Translations under genes and position numbers: made by a program
Part shown: one piece after another, positions 63,972-64,000 of the stretch
Position numbering within the stretch: the stretch's first letter is position 1
Layout of the letters: each line of letters starts with the position of its first letter
The notes under the pieces: model-generated
The model's input: the letters and a program-made list of their open reading frames with translations, nothing else
The model's database searches: none
Told to the model about the DNA's origin: nothing
From: Antedon mediterranea
Lineage: Eukaryota; Animalia; Echinodermata
Length of the DNA stretch: 64,000 nucleotides
NCBI RefSeq assembly: GCF_964355755.1
Contig: NC_092675.1
Location: 11,713,812-11,777,811 of the forward strand
Direction of reading: 5' to 3'

Positions 63972-64000
63972 ATTTTTTATACAACTAAAAAATATGGAAC

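Overview
AT-rich eukaryotic (animal, probably marine invertebrate; inference) DNA made almost entirely of nested transposable elements, with no confident host gene. Main contents: (1) a complete 8.9-kb Zisupton/KDZ-type transposon (14055-22934, 8-bp TSD GAATTACC) whose single intact ORF fuses zinc fingers, SWIM, SAP and the transposase core to a Ulp1/C48 SUMO-protease, a PHD-like finger and an unexpected C-terminal SprT-like (SPRTN/GCNA-type) HExxH metalloprotease; (2) a CAC-ended Chapaev/N-RAG-TP-like element (7336-12318, 4-bp TSD) with relics of a RAG1-N-terminal-like Zn module and bipartite ends whose spacers are 21 vs 11 bp, reminiscent of the 12/23 rule; (3) a complete Kolobok element (29006-38786, TTAA TSD, ~480-bp TIRs) with a THAP-DDE transposase and a convergent KolX gene, sitting in a multi-layer nest (MULE > Harbinger-like > satellite > hAT-like > Kolobok > MITEs); (4) canonical non-autonomous Helitrons and a 13-kb array of Helentron/HINE-like elements with stacked 5' heads and headless bodies; (5) a tRNA-like sequence at the right edge. 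All family assignments were made by eye from motifs and termini; no database search was run.
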